The position numbers and the translations under genes are program-made. Positions 41,548 to 50,835 of a stretch of 64,000 nucleotides of DNA are shown piece by piece (the first letter of the stretch is position 1; each line of letters opens with the position of its first letter). This stretch comes from Candidatus Adlerbacteria bacterium (GTDB lineage Bacteria > Patescibacteriota > Minisyncoccia > Phycocordibacterales > SBAW01): contig CAISEE010000046.1 of assembly GCA_903884345.1 (NCBI GenBank), positions 3,830 through 67,829 on the forward strand. Reading direction: 5' to 3'. The notes under the pieces were generated by a model that saw nothing but the letters and a program-made list of their open reading frames with translations, made no database searches and was not told where the DNA came from.

Positions 41548-42912
41548 ATGATTCTATCGTATACTTTCAACATGATCGAAACCGCGCCCGTGATCGAAAT
41601 TAACATCGAGCCCAAGATCCTCGAAAAAAAGCACTCCACCCGCTTTGGCCGCCTGCTGCGCATTTTGGGCCCGGGCCTCATCACGGGCGCCGCCGACGAC
41701 GATCCATCGGGCATCGCCACCTACTCGCAAACGGGCGCACAATTCGGCTTCGGCCAGCTGTGGACGGCGCTCTACCAGCTGCCGCTCATCATCGCCGTCC
41801 AAGAGGCGTGTGCGCGCATCGGTGTGGTGACCGGCAAAGGTCTTGCTGGCGTCGTCAAAGAGCACTACTCGAAGAGACTCCTTACCGCGGTCGTCATTTT
41901 GGTCGTCATCGCCAACACCATCAACATCGGCGCCGACATCGGAGCGATCGCGAGCGCCTCGCAGCTCGTGTTTGACTTGCCCTTCGCCCTCTACGCCATC
42001 CTTTCGGCCATCCTGGTCGTAGCTCTGGAAATTCTCATCAGCTACAAAAACTACGTGAAGTTCCTGAAGTTCCTCACCCTCTCACTTCTGGCCTACCCCG
42101 TGACCGCACTCATCGTGCACGAGCCGTGGAAGCAGATTTTTGCCGCGACCCTCATCCCACACATGGAGTTTAATTTCGCGTTCTTCTTTATCGTCGTCGG
42201 TGTCTTCGGCACCACCATCACGCCGTACATGTTCTTCTGGCAGGCGTCGGGCGAAGTCGAAGAAGAGATTGCCAATCACCACCTGGCGCAAAAAGGCGGC
42301 ACCCCGCACGGTATCAAAAAGTTTCTCAAGCAAGTGCGCCTGGACACCACCATCGGCATGGTTGCCGCAGAAATTGCGCAGTGGTTCATCATCATCACGA
42401 CCGCGACCATCCTCTTTAGCCACGGCATCACCAACATCACTAGCGCCGCCGACGCTGCCAAAGCGCTCGAGCCACTGGTGCGCTCCTTCCCCAACTCGGG
42501 CCAACTTGCCAAAGACATCTTCGCCGTCGGCATCATCGGCCTCGGCCTCTTGGCGATCCCCGTCCTCGCTGCCTCGACCGCCTACGCCATGTCCGAGGCC
42601 TTCGGCTGGCGCGAAGGACTCTACCGCAAATTCCGCAAGGCGCGCGGCTTCTACGGCGTCATCATCGTCGCGACCTTCATCGGCCTTCTTATGAACTTCG
42701 TCGGCATCAATCCAATTAAGGCACTCGTCTTTGCCGCCGTCTTCAATGGTGTGACTGCCGTCCCCCTTCTCTTCCTCATCAATCGCATCAACGCCAACGA
42801 GGCCATCCTCGGTAAATACAAAGGCGGCGCACTCTCGCAAACCGTCATCTGGATCACCTTCGCCATCATGTCCTTCGGTGCCCTCGGCCTCTTCTACACC
42901 CTGCTGGCGTAG
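41548..42912 (+). CDS. mntH: NRAMP-family divalent metal cation transporter (MntH-like)
   Basis: GPGLITGAADDDPSGIATYSQTGAQFGFGQLW Nramp signature; ~11 TMs; GGGTGAG SD before ATG 41548. Confidence 0.85.
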   Translation: MILSYTFNMIETAPVIEINIEPKILEKKHSTRFGRLLRILGPGLITGAADDDPSGIATYSQTGAQFGFGQLWTALYQLPLIIAVQEACARIGVVTGKGLAGVVKEHYSKRLLTAVVILVVIANTINIGADIGAIASASQLVFDLPFALYAILSAILVVALEILISYKNYVKFLKFLTLSLLAYPVTALIVHEPWKQIFAATLIPHMEFNFAFFFIVVGVFGTTITPYMFFWQASGEVEEEIANHHLAQKGGTPHGIKKFLKQVRLDTTIGMVAAEIAQWFIIITTATILFSHGITNITSAADAAKALEPLVRSFPNSGQLAKDIFAVGIIGLGLLAIPVLAASTAYAMSEAFGWREGLYRKFRKARGFYGVIIVATFIGLLMNFVGINPIKALVFAAVFNGVTAVPLLFLINRINANEAILGKYKGGALSQTVIWITFAIMSFGALGLFYTLLA

Positions 42913-42934
42913 GCACATCAGCAAAATACGCTTC

Positions 42935-42956
42935 CTTGCGGAGGTCAGTCCTCCGT
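42935..42956 (+). repeat. Repeated terminator-hairpin motif (copy 1)
   Basis: ttgcggaggtcagtcctccg is identical over 20 nt to 59495..59514; the stem GCGGAGG/CCTCCGC follows the mntH stop. Confidence 0.7.
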
Positions 42957-42960
42957 ATGG

Positions 42961-43557
42961 CTATTTACCGCACACACCCGGGGCCCACAGGCCTTTTTGC
43001 TGTTGCTTGGCCTCGGCCTGCGCTGCATTAAATTCGGCTTGATACTTGTAGGGCACGTCGTAGGTGTACTCGTGGCCATAACCCTCGCTGATTAAATACT
43101 CGTCGACGAGGAATCCTTGCGGGTCGCTGTTAAGGGGCGCCCAGACATAGGCGAGCGTGCGGCCGTACTTGTCGAGCACTCCCTGCGATGGGTCAAACTC
43201 CAAGTGCACCGACTGGCCTGTAAGAAGGAGTTTGGTCTGCGCCGATGCTTCGCGGCCAAAGCACTGCACAGGCTTTCGCGGGTCGACCACCTCGGGCGTA
43301 TCGACGCCGATGAGGCGCACCGTGGTCGTGGCACCCTGGTGCATCACTACAATGGTGTCGCCGTCGATGACGCGAATAACCGGCTCCCAGACCGGGGTCG
43401 AGGTTGCGAGGGCGGCAGCAGAAACGGGTATTTCAGCCTGCGAGTGCGGGTTGCGGGCGAGAAACGGGTTGTCTCCATATGCCGATAGCTGCTGGGTCAG
43501 CACGGCCGCGCCAAGCACCACCAATGAAACCAGCATCCCGTACGTGCGTCTGCTCAT
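42961..43557 (-). CDS. Staphylococcal-nuclease-like (SNase/thermonuclease) protein, membrane-anchored/secreted
   Basis: RVIDGDTIVV...VRLIGVDTPE...YGRTLAYV SNase motifs. N-terminal TM from start MSRRTYG at 43557. Confidence 0.8.
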   Translation of the reverse strand: MSRRTYGMLVSLVVLGAAVLTQQLSAYGDNPFLARNPHSQAEIPVSAAALATSTPVWEPVIRVIDGDTIVVMHQGATTTVRLIGVDTPEVVDPRKPVQCFGREASAQTKLLLTGQSVHLEFDPSQGVLDKYGRTLAYVWAPLNSDPQGFLVDEYLISEGYGHEYTYDVPYKYQAEFNAAQAEAKQQQKGLWAPGVCGK

Positions 43558-43707
43558 ATCCCTATAATACCCCGCAGCCCTTGCGCTCCAAAACAACCTG
43601 TGATACATTCCTGTGCGGAGAGGCACCCAGAAACATCTAAGGGCGTGGTACCGAGATCGGTAGCCGTACTAGTACGTTCGCCGCCGAGCGGGCCGCCTCT
43701 CCACCCA

Positions 43708-43738
43708 CCACCTCCCCAAAAGGAGGTGTTTTTCTTTA
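43708..43738 (+). terminator. Terminator-like hairpin upstream of infC promoter
   Basis: CCACCTCC-ccaaaa-GGAGGTG followed by TTTTTCTTT. Confidence 0.5.
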
Positions 43739-43740
43739 TA

Positions 43741-43769
43741 TTGCCCGAAAAAGGCTTTGCTGGTATACT
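43741..43769 (+). promoter_or_regulatory. Sigma-70-like promoter for infC-rpmI-rplT
   Basis: TTGCCC-17 nt-TGgTATACT (extended -10). Confidence 0.5.
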
Positions 43770-43786
43770 CAAGGTCAACTAAAACT

Positions 43787-44305
43787 GCTTTGGAAACCCG
43801 AATCAATCACCATATCCGTGCGAAGGAAGTCCGCGTTGTCGGCGCCGAAGGCGAGAACCTGGGCGTTTTGGCCCTGTCTGACGCAATCGCCCGTGCCGAG
43901 GAGCTCAATCTCGACCTCGTCGAGATCTCGCCGAATGCCGTTCCCCCGGTTGCAAAAATCATGGAGTATGGTAAATTCCAGTACGAGCAGGAGAAACGAC
44001 GCCGTGAAATAAAGGCGAAATCTCACACCACCGAGACCAAAAGCGTACAGGTAAAGATCGGAACGGGCGAAAACGACCTTAATCTTAAAGCAAAACGGAC
44101 TGCGGAGTGGCTTCGAGAGGGGCACCGCGTCAAAGTGGACCTCTTCCTGTGGGGGCGGTACAAGTACATGGAATTCGCCTTCCTCAAAGAGCGATTGGAG
44201 CGATTTTTGAAACTCATCCCCGAGGAGTACAAGATCAGCGACCCCATCATCAAGAGCCCGAAAGGTCTCACCACCGTGATCGAGCGAGCAGGAAAGCCAA
44301 AGTAA
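43787..44305 (+). CDS. infC: Translation initiation factor IF-3
   Basis: INHHIRAKEVRVVGAEGENLGVL...EISPNAVPPVAKIMEYGKFQYE. Probably a non-AUG start (TTG 43787, or nearby) downstream of the promoter; the track ORF starts at 43757 inside the promoter. Confidence 0.85.
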   Translation, partial: ALETRINHHIRAKEVRVVGAEGENLGVLALSDAIARAEELNLDLVEISPNAVPPVAKIMEYGKFQYEQEKRRREIKAKSHTTETKSVQVKIGTGENDLNLKAKRTAEWLREGHRVKVDLFLWGRYKYMEFAFLKERLERFLKLIPEEYKISDPIIKSPKGLTTVIERAGKPK

Positions 44306-44315
44306 TCACCATTTT

Positions 44316-44516
44316 ATGAAAACGAACAAATCATTCACCAAGCGTTTGAAGTTGACCAAGACGGGCAAAATCGTCGCTCGCAAGCCGGGCCAAAACCACT
44401 TCAACGCCAAGGAGAGCCGTTCGACCCAGCAGGATGGCCGCCGCACCCAGAACATCGTCGTGACCCCGAAGGTCGCGCAGCGCTTTATTAACACCGCAAG
44501 CACGTTCAAGAACTAA
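44316..44516 (+). CDS. rpmI: 50S ribosomal protein L35
   Basis: MKTNKSFTKRLKLTKTGKIVARKPGQNHFNAKES. Confidence 0.9.
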   Translation: MKTNKSFTKRLKLTKTGKIVARKPGQNHFNAKESRSTQQDGRRTQNIVVTPKVAQRFINTASTFKN

Positions 44517-44525
44517 TTCACCACT

Positions 44526-44876
44526 ATGGCACGCGTAAAAGGAGGAGTCACATCAACAAAGCGACGTCACAATATCTTGGCAATGACCAAGGGTTACCGC
44601 TTTGGCCGCAGCACCAAGAAGAAGCAGGCCCGCGAGGCGATTTTCCACGCCGGCAAGAGCGCGTTTGCGCACCGCCGCGACAAGAAGAACGACTACCGCA
44701 AGCTCTGGAACGTCCGCATCAACGCCGGCCTCGACCAGATCTCGGAGACCTTCTCGTACAGCAAATTCATCGGCGCGCTTAAGAAGGCCAACATCGAGCT
44801 CGATCGCAAGATTCTCTCGACCCTCGCCGAAAAGGCACCCGAGACCTTCGCTCGCGTCGTCAAAAAGGTCTCCTAA
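44526..44876 (+). CDS. rplT: 50S ribosomal protein L20
   Basis: MARVKGGVTSTKRRHNILAMTKGYRFGRS... Confidence 0.9.
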   Translation: MARVKGGVTSTKRRHNILAMTKGYRFGRSTKKKQAREAIFHAGKSAFAHRRDKKNDYRKLWNVRINAGLDQISETFSYSKFIGALKKANIELDRKILSTLAEKAPETFARVVKKVS

Positions 44877-44895
44877 TCCCCTCTTTCCCCGGATT

Positions 44896-44930
44896 ACAAA
44901 AACCCCGTCATCGCGACGGGGTTTTTGTTT
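44896..44930. terminator. Bidirectional rho-independent terminator
   Basis: acaaaaa-CCCCGTC-atcgc-GACGGGG-tttttgttt. Confidence 0.8.
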
Positions 44931-44945
44931 GCACGGTGGGTGGTG

Positions 44946-45542
44946 TTAGCCGACCTTTTCAAAATGCATCTGCGCGCGCGTGATGGTGTCTTTGTTGACC
45001 AGCTCGACGACGCGCTCGACGAGGGCTTTGGGGTCGGAGTCAAAGACGATGCGATCGTTGGGGCGGTGGCCATTGGCGAGGATGTCTTTGATGACCTCGT
45101 CGGTCTCCCAAGCACCTTGCAAGACGCCGATCGGCTTTTGGTCCTCGAAAGCGATGGTGAACTCGTGGATGGTGCCGATGCGGCCGCAGCCAAAGAACAT
45201 CGCGTCGACCGATCGGGTAAAGATGAGGTCGCGGCCCGGGTAGCCAAAGCCCGTGTAGACGATGACGTCCATGTGCTCAATCGGCAGATTGTAGCCCTCG
45301 ATGTGCTCCTTCTCGCATGTGGCCGGTGAGAATCCCAGCGAAAAGCCGCCCGCTTGTTTGGCACCCATGGCAGACCACATCGGGAAGCCGGTCGTGGCGC
45401 CCGAGACGATGATGGCGCCGCTTTTGGCGATTTCTTGACCTAGTTGAATAGCCTGGTCGTAGGCATCGGGGCCGCAGTGGCCGGTTTCGGCGGCGCCCGA
45501 GACGCCGAATTTCATCTGCAAGTGTTGTTGCGGTTGTTCCAT
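44946..45542 (-). CDS. LOG-family / TIGR00725-like Rossmann-fold nucleotide-binding protein
   Basis: GHCGPDAYDQAIQLG...AIIVSGATTG...VIVYTGFGYPG pattern typical of the LOG/SLOG family. Alternative start at 45515. Confidence 0.7.
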   Translation of the reverse strand: MEQPQQHLQMKFGVSGAAETGHCGPDAYDQAIQLGQEIAKSGAIIVSGATTGFPMWSAMGAKQAGGFSLGFSPATCEKEHIEGYNLPIEHMDVIVYTGFGYPGRDLIFTRSVDAMFFGCGRIGTIHEFTIAFEDQKPIGVLQGAWETDEVIKDILANGHRPNDRIVFDSDPKALVERVVELVNKDTITRAQMHFEKVG

Positions 45543-45554
45543 TTTTTTATTGTA

Positions 45555-46955
45555 TCAGAAATTGATCGACGCCTTGTCGCCCGCCGCGGGGACAATCGAC
45601 TTAATACCGAGATAGTCGCGAATGCGCTGCGCCAAAAAGCCCGATGAGGCTGGCTCCCCCATCACCACGAAGACCGTCTCGAGCGAATCCTGCATGCCCG
45701 CGGCAAAGTCCAGAAGCTGTTCGCTGTTCATGTGCGCCGAGTAGCCGTAGATGGTCTCGATCTTCGCACGCACCGCGACGCTGGTGCCGTGGATGTCGAG
45801 CTTCTTCGCACCCTCGATCAACTGGCGTCCCAAGCTCCCGGCAGCCTGATAGCCCGCGATGAGCACCGTTGAATGCTCGTCGGGCAAGACTTCCATCTCG
45901 TGTGCCAACACGCGCCCGCCGTTGCTCATGCCCGAGCCTGCGAGAATAATCTTGGGGCCGGGCTTTTTCATGATGTCGGTCGACTGCGCGGCATTCTCGA
46001 TGAAGTGGAGCTCGTCGAAGGCGAAGATCTTCTCGCCCGCATGAATGCGCGCCTGCATCGCCTCGTTGAAAAACTCCGGGTGTGCGACGTAGGCCTGCGT
46101 TATTTTCTCGGCCAGGGGTGAATCGAGGTAGACCGGCATCGAGGGCACCTTCTTGTTGGTGAACAGTTCGCGGATTTCAAAAAGGATATCCTGCGTGCGC
46201 TCGGTCGAGAACGCCGGGATGAGGAGTACCCCGCCGCGACGTGCCACGTCTTCGATATGATTCTCGAGCTGGTCGAGGCGCGGCTCGCCGGGCGCAGGCA
46301 TCTTGTCGCCGTAGACGCTCTCGGTCACCAAGTAATTGACGTCCTTGGGCTCCTCGGCCAGGGAGAGGAGCGGCGAGTTGCCACCGCCGAGGTCGCCGGT
46401 AAAAAGGACGCTGCGCACCTCACCCTCGCTGGTGCGACGAAAGAGCGCCATAGCAGAGCCCAAGATGTGCCCGGAGTCGAGGAATTCGAGCGTCACCCCG
46501 TCGCCGAGGTCTTTTGGGGCGTGGTAGCCCATGGTTTGCCACTGCGAGAGTGCCTGCGCGATGTCGGCCTCGCCAAAGAGTTCGGGGTGACCGTGGCGCT
46601 TAGCATCCATACGCGAGAGCTCCATCGCATCGTGGAGGAGCGGCTCGGCAATCGCGCGCGTGGCCTCAGTCGAGAGAATAGGCCCGCGGTAGCCCAGGCG
46701 CACGAGGTGCGGGATACGCCCGATGTGGTCGATGTGCGCGTGCGTGTTGACCAAGAGCGCAATCTCGGTCGGATCAAACCCAAACGGCGCCCAGTTCCCC
46801 GCCTCAAGCTCGGCCCCACCCTGAAACATCCCGCAGTCGATTAAAAACTTTTTGCCTGCCCCGAGCCCTGTCGAGGGGGCGCCTGTATCAAGTAAAAAAT
46901 TGGACCCCGTGACCGAACCTGCGCCACCACAGAAGGTAATTGTTGCTGAAGACAT
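45555..46955 (-). CDS. MBL-fold metallo-hydrolase with beta-CASP/RNA-metabolising domain (RNase J/CPSF-like)
   Basis: HAHIDHIG motif 2, GDLGGGNSPLL, C-terminal beta-CASP region; 466 aa. Confidence 0.8.
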   Translation of the reverse strand: MSSATITFCGGAGSVTGSNFLLDTGAPSTGLGAGKKFLIDCGMFQGGAELEAGNWAPFGFDPTEIALLVNTHAHIDHIGRIPHLVRLGYRGPILSTEATRAIAEPLLHDAMELSRMDAKRHGHPELFGEADIAQALSQWQTMGYHAPKDLGDGVTLEFLDSGHILGSAMALFRRTSEGEVRSVLFTGDLGGGNSPLLSLAEEPKDVNYLVTESVYGDKMPAPGEPRLDQLENHIEDVARRGGVLLIPAFSTERTQDILFEIRELFTNKKVPSMPVYLDSPLAEKITQAYVAHPEFFNEAMQARIHAGEKIFAFDELHFIENAAQSTDIMKKPGPKIILAGSGMSNGGRVLAHEMEVLPDEHSTVLIAGYQAAGSLGRQLIEGAKKLDIHGTSVAVRAKIETIYGYSAHMNSEQLLDFAAGMQDSLETVFVVMGEPASSGFLAQRIRDYLGIKSIVPAAGDKASINF

Positions 46956-46985
46956 GCGTTCATTGTACCACTAGGAAGCGTTGCT

Positions 46986-47022
46986 GTGCCGCCACGAAAA
47001 AAGCCCCTCACCCACTAGGGGC
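46986..47022 (-). terminator. Rho-independent terminator after ndk
   Basis: On the minus strand: GCCCCT-agtgggtg-AGGGGC followed by TTTTTTCG. Confidence 0.6.
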
Positions 47023-47186
47023 GAGAGGCATTTTTCGGACTTCGAGAGCAAGCGTCTTCTTGTTGTTACGTGGGTGCTCGCAGCCGGTGCGCCAAGGCGC
47101 ATGGCGATATGAAGCTCCCAAAAAGACACTTAAGGACATTTGCCCCCGCCGTCCTCCTTTAAACTATCGCACAACGAATGTGTTGT

Positions 47187-47771
47187 CTACTCGTCGATGC
47201 CGAAGCGCTTGTAGGAGAATCCGGCGTTTGCGCCGAACCAGTGTTTGATCTCATGCTCGGCCTCTTGCGGGGTTTCGGATGCGTGCAAAATGTTGGCAAC
47301 CGCGCGCTTCTCGCTGTTGGCGATGGCCGGTGAATCAATCGAGAAATCGCCGCGGATGGTGCCGACTTCGGCCGCGTACGGCAGGGTCGGGCCCGCGATT
47401 TTGCGGACGACGTCGACTGCGTGTGCACCTTCGACGACCATGCGGACAAGCGGGGCCGAGGTCATAAAGTCGAGGAGCCAGCCGCGTACCATGGTGCCGA
47501 TTTTATGCGCATCGTCGGTGCCAAGTGCCTCGATGGGGTCAACGCCGTATTTGGCGTAGGTCGAGAGGGTCTTCCCTCCCACGCGCTCGATCCAGGCATC
47601 ATACTTGGGGTAGTGATTGTCAATCATGTCGCGTGACGGCTCAAACATCTCGAGTGCCACGATTTTAAGGTCGCGCTGCTCGAAGCGCTTGATGACCTCG
47701 CCGATGAGACCCTTCTTCACGCCATCTGGCTTAATAAGGACGAACGTGCGCTCCTGTTTCAAATTTGCCAT
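47187..47771 (-). CDS. ndk: Nucleoside diphosphate kinase (long form)
   Basis: ERTFVLIKPDGVKKGLIGEVIKRFEQRDLKIV...HASE (active-site His region). Confidence 0.85.
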   Translation of the reverse strand: MANLKQERTFVLIKPDGVKKGLIGEVIKRFEQRDLKIVALEMFEPSRDMIDNHYPKYDAWIERVGGKTLSTYAKYGVDPIEALGTDDAHKIGTMVRGWLLDFMTSAPLVRMVVEGAHAVDVVRKIAGPTLPYAAEVGTIRGDFSIDSPAIANSEKRAVANILHASETPQEAEHEIKHWFGANAGFSYKRFGIDE

Positions 47772-47783
47772 ACTGCTTCGAAA

Positions 47784-48191
47784 TTATTTATCCGATAAAA
47801 ACATCGCCGTCATGCCCGTGCTTGCCAAGAGCAGCGCCACCGATCCCACAATGAGCGCCCATGCCGAGAGCCCTAAGGGCAAAATCTGCACATGGTAGAT
47901 CACGTCAAGGATCGAGACCGCGATACCCAAGAGGAACGAGGCGAATAACATGACCAACCCAAAGTACACACCCGTGCGCACCGACGGCGCCACGCTGGGC
48001 GAGCGGAAGTACCACAGGGTGCACAGAACCGGCACGATGACCGAGTGCCACAGGAGGTTAATCGGCGCGTAAGCCGCGGCAAACGGCACGATTTTAACCT
48101 CGATGATAAGCCCCAAAACCGTGCCCAAAAGCACTCCCACGGCGGCGATTGACAGGGCGCGGCCCCAACGAATTGTCTGCATAGCTGGCAT
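47784..48191 (-). CDS. Integral membrane protein, unknown function
   Basis: 135 aa, four TM helices. Confidence 0.5.
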   Translation of the reverse strand: MPAMQTIRWGRALSIAAVGVLLGTVLGLIIEVKIVPFAAAYAPINLLWHSVIVPVLCTLWYFRSPSVAPSVRTGVYFGLVMLFASFLLGIAVSILDVIYHVQILPLGLSAWALIVGSVALLLASTGMTAMFLSDK

Positions 48192-48243
48192 TGTACGGCT
48201 CCCCGATGAAATTGCAATGGCCCGATTTACTACCGCTTGCGCT

Positions 48244-49014
48244 CTACAAAAACGGCGTGAGAATCTCGCAGCCGTCTTCGGTGACCAAGAGCGATTGCTC
48301 GAAGTGCGCGGCGCGGGAGTGGTCGAGGGTGAGGTACGTCCACTCGTCGTCGGCGACCCCGACGTCGGGCGAGCCTTCGGTCATAATGGGTTCAATCGCC
48401 AGGACCAACCCCGCGACCAATTTCTCGCCGTTGCCTTTGTGGCCCATGTTGGGAATAAAAGGCTTCTCGTGAACGGTTTTGCCCAACGCGTGGCCCCCGA
48501 GTTCTTCGACGATGCCAAGCTTGTACTTCTTGGCCACCAGCTCGACGGCAGCGCCAACGTCTCCCACGTGTGCGCCCGCTTTGATGACTTTGATCGCCTG
48601 GCGCAACGCCTCGCGAGTGCCCTCGAGCAGGTTCTTGGCTGCGTCGTCACACTCGCCGCCTACGATTACCGTGATGGCGGAGTCCGAAAAGAGACCATTG
48701 TAGGAGAGACCCAAATCGAGCGAGACGATGTCGCCGTCCTCAAGCGTGTGCTCTTCGGATGGAATGCCGTGCACCACCTCGTCGTTAACCGAGATGCACA
48801 GCGCCGCCGGGTAGGCGTAGGCCGCGCCGCGCGGTTTGTAGTTGAGGAAGGCGGGCACGCCACCGCGGGCACGGATCTCACGCTCGGCAACCATGTCGAG
48901 CTCGGCGGTCGTGACCCCCGCTTTGACCGCACGCGCGGTTGCGGCAAGCGCCTCGGCGAGGTACTTCCCCGCCAGGCGCAGATTCTTAATGTCTGATTCG
49001 GTTTTGGCAATCAT
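48244..49014 (-). CDS. map: Methionine aminopeptidase, type I
   Basis: Pita-bread fold metal ligands (DIVSLDLG, HGIP, conserved E/H residues). Confidence 0.9.
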   Translation of the reverse strand: MIAKTESDIKNLRLAGKYLAEALAATARAVKAGVTTAELDMVAEREIRARGGVPAFLNYKPRGAAYAYPAALCISVNDEVVHGIPSEEHTLEDGDIVSLDLGLSYNGLFSDSAITVIVGGECDDAAKNLLEGTREALRQAIKVIKAGAHVGDVGAAVELVAKKYKLGIVEELGGHALGKTVHEKPFIPNMGHKGNGEKLVAGLVLAIEPIMTEGSPDVGVADDEWTYLTLDHSRAAHFEQSLLVTEDGCEILTPFL

Positions 49015-49637
49015 GAGAGTTGGAGCGCTTTGAGAATTTCTTGCTGCACGGCCTCGATCGGCTGCTCGCCGTTGATTTCGACGAAGCGGTAGTCGGGCGA
49101 ATTTTTAAACCACTCGTTTACCGCGGCGGCCTCTTGGTGCGACCAGCGCAGACGCTCCTCGATGCCCTCGGTCGTGTCGTCCTCGCGATGGCGCTTGGTA
49201 AGGCGGTCTTTGGCAACCTCGTCGGAGAGGCCGATGTGGAGCACCACCGGGCGCTCGCGCTCGAAGAACTTCATTGCGGAGTCAAAGTCAGGGATCTGGT
49301 CGGTCGTGCGCGGGAAGCCGTCGATGATGATGTGCTCGTTGCCGTGGATGCTGTTGATGAGGCGCGAGGAAAAGAGCTCGGTTGAGATGAAGGTGGGGAT
49401 GAGCTTGCCTGCCGCGATGAGCGGGCGCACTTTTTCCTGCGCGAACCCCTCGCCTGCCGCGAAGGCGCGAAGCGAAGTCCCGGCCGTGAAGTAGACGATC
49501 GAACGCGTGTCGTTGTTGGTAATGTAGTCTTTGAGTAATGAAACCTGCGTGCCTTTGCCGCTGCCTTGAGGGCCTAAGAAAATGATGGTTTGTTGCGTCA
49601 CAATCCACATTGTACAAGAGCGCTCACCTCTACACAA
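49011..49637 (-). CDS. adk: Adenylate kinase
   Basis: IIFLGPQGSGKGTQ P-loop; NMP-binding and LID regions. Alternative start at 49613. Confidence 0.9.
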   Translation of the reverse strand: MCRGERSCTMWIVTQQTIIFLGPQGSGKGTQVSLLKDYITNNDTRSIVYFTAGTSLRAFAAGEGFAQEKVRPLIAAGKLIPTFISTELFSSRLINSIHGNEHIIIDGFPRTTDQIPDFDSAMKFFERERPVVLHIGLSDEVAKDRLTKRHREDDTTEGIEERLRWSHQEAAAVNEWFKNSPDYRFVEINGEQPIEAVQQEILKALQLS

Positions 49638-49665
49638 ATACTAAAACGAGCTACACTTACTGTAT

Positions 49666-50265
49666 ATGAAACTCCACACCATCACCATCTCGGGCATCCC
49701 GGGGAGCGGCAAATCATCGACCGCAGACACCGTTGCGATGCGCCTGGGCTACTCACGATTCTCCTCGGGCGACTTTATGCGCAAGCTCGCGCAAAGCCGC
49801 GGCGTCTCGGTCGACGGGCTGCGTGCCTTGGCCGAACAAGACCACACCATCGATCAACAGATCGACACCGAGGTGCAGCGCGTGGGCCTCAGCGGCAACA
49901 TCGTCATCGACTCGCGCCTGGGCTACCACTTCCTCCCCGACAGCTTCAAAGTATTTCTGTCGCTTGACCCGGAGACCTCGGCACAGCGCGCGGTCGAGCA
50001 TCTCGTGCAAGTCGGCGCACCGGCAGACGACGGCCAACTCCTGCGCGACACGCTCCAAAAAATCACCGACCGCATCGCGAGCGAAAAACAGCGCCACCTC
50101 GCAACCTACGGCGTCGACTTCACCAACGCCGCCAACTACGACCTCATCGTCGACACCAACGCCCATTCGCTCGACGAGACCGTCGAGATGATTTTGGCCG
50201 CCTACAACGTCTGGAGCAACGAGAGACAGCAGCCTCCTACGCCAACCGGTACCCCTCTCGCGTAA
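49666..50265 (+). CDS. cmk: Cytidylate kinase (short/archaeal-type Cmk family)
   Basis: ITISGIPGSGKSSTA P-loop; (d)CMP kinase-like layout. Its 3' end overlaps gmk convergently by 29 nt. Confidence 0.75.
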   Translation: MKLHTITISGIPGSGKSSTADTVAMRLGYSRFSSGDFMRKLAQSRGVSVDGLRALAEQDHTIDQQIDTEVQRVGLSGNIVIDSRLGYHFLPDSFKVFLSLDPETSAQRAVEHLVQVGAPADDGQLLRDTLQKITDRIASEKQRHLATYGVDFTNAANYDLIVDTNAHSLDETVEMILAAYNVWSNERQQPPTPTGTPLA

Positions 50266-50833
50266 GGATCGCAACCACGTTTGCGACCGCCGCCGCCAAT
50301 TGCTGGTCGGCGTTAATAACCGTGAAGTCACACAGGGGGCGGTCTTCGGCGACCTCTTTGAGTGCGTTTTGTTGGCGCTGTGCCAACTCCTCGTCGCTCA
50401 TCTCGGGGTTGCGGGTGCGCAGGCGCGCGAGCAACTCGGTCATATCGCCCGGCATGATGAAAATCGCGGTCGCGCCGTAGTGTTTTTTGTAAAACGAAAT
50501 GCCGACGCCGTCGGTATTGGCCAACACGACGAAGCCTGCATCGAGTTTACTCTGCAGGTCGGGCGCGTACGTGCCGTAGTAGACGTCACGATTTTCTATA
50601 TGAGTCACTTCAAGCATCTCCCCCGCCGTCTGCTTGGCGAGAAAATCTTCTTTGCTGAAGAAGTAGTAGTCGACGCCGTAGGTCTCGCCGGGTCGGGGCG
50701 CACGCGTCGTGGCCGTCACCAGGCGGCGCACACGGTCTGGAAACTGCGCGAGGATGGCGTTGGTGATGGCGCTCTCACCGCTCCCACTGGGACCCGAGAT
50801 GACGGCAACCTGCTTTATGCTGCCGTCCCCCAT
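50237..50833 (-). CDS. gmk: Guanylate kinase
   Basis: AVISGPSGSGESAI P-loop, GMP-binding YGVDYYF, ATRAPRPGE. Confidence 0.85.
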   Translation of the reverse strand: MGDGSIKQVAVISGPSGSGESAITNAILAQFPDRVRRLVTATTRAPRPGETYGVDYYFFSKEDFLAKQTAGEMLEVTHIENRDVYYGTYAPDLQSKLDAGFVVLANTDGVGISFYKKHYGATAIFIMPGDMTELLARLRTRNPEMSDEELAQRQQNALKEVAEDRPLCDFTVINADQQLAAAVANVVAILTREGYRLA

Positions 50834-50835
50834 GA

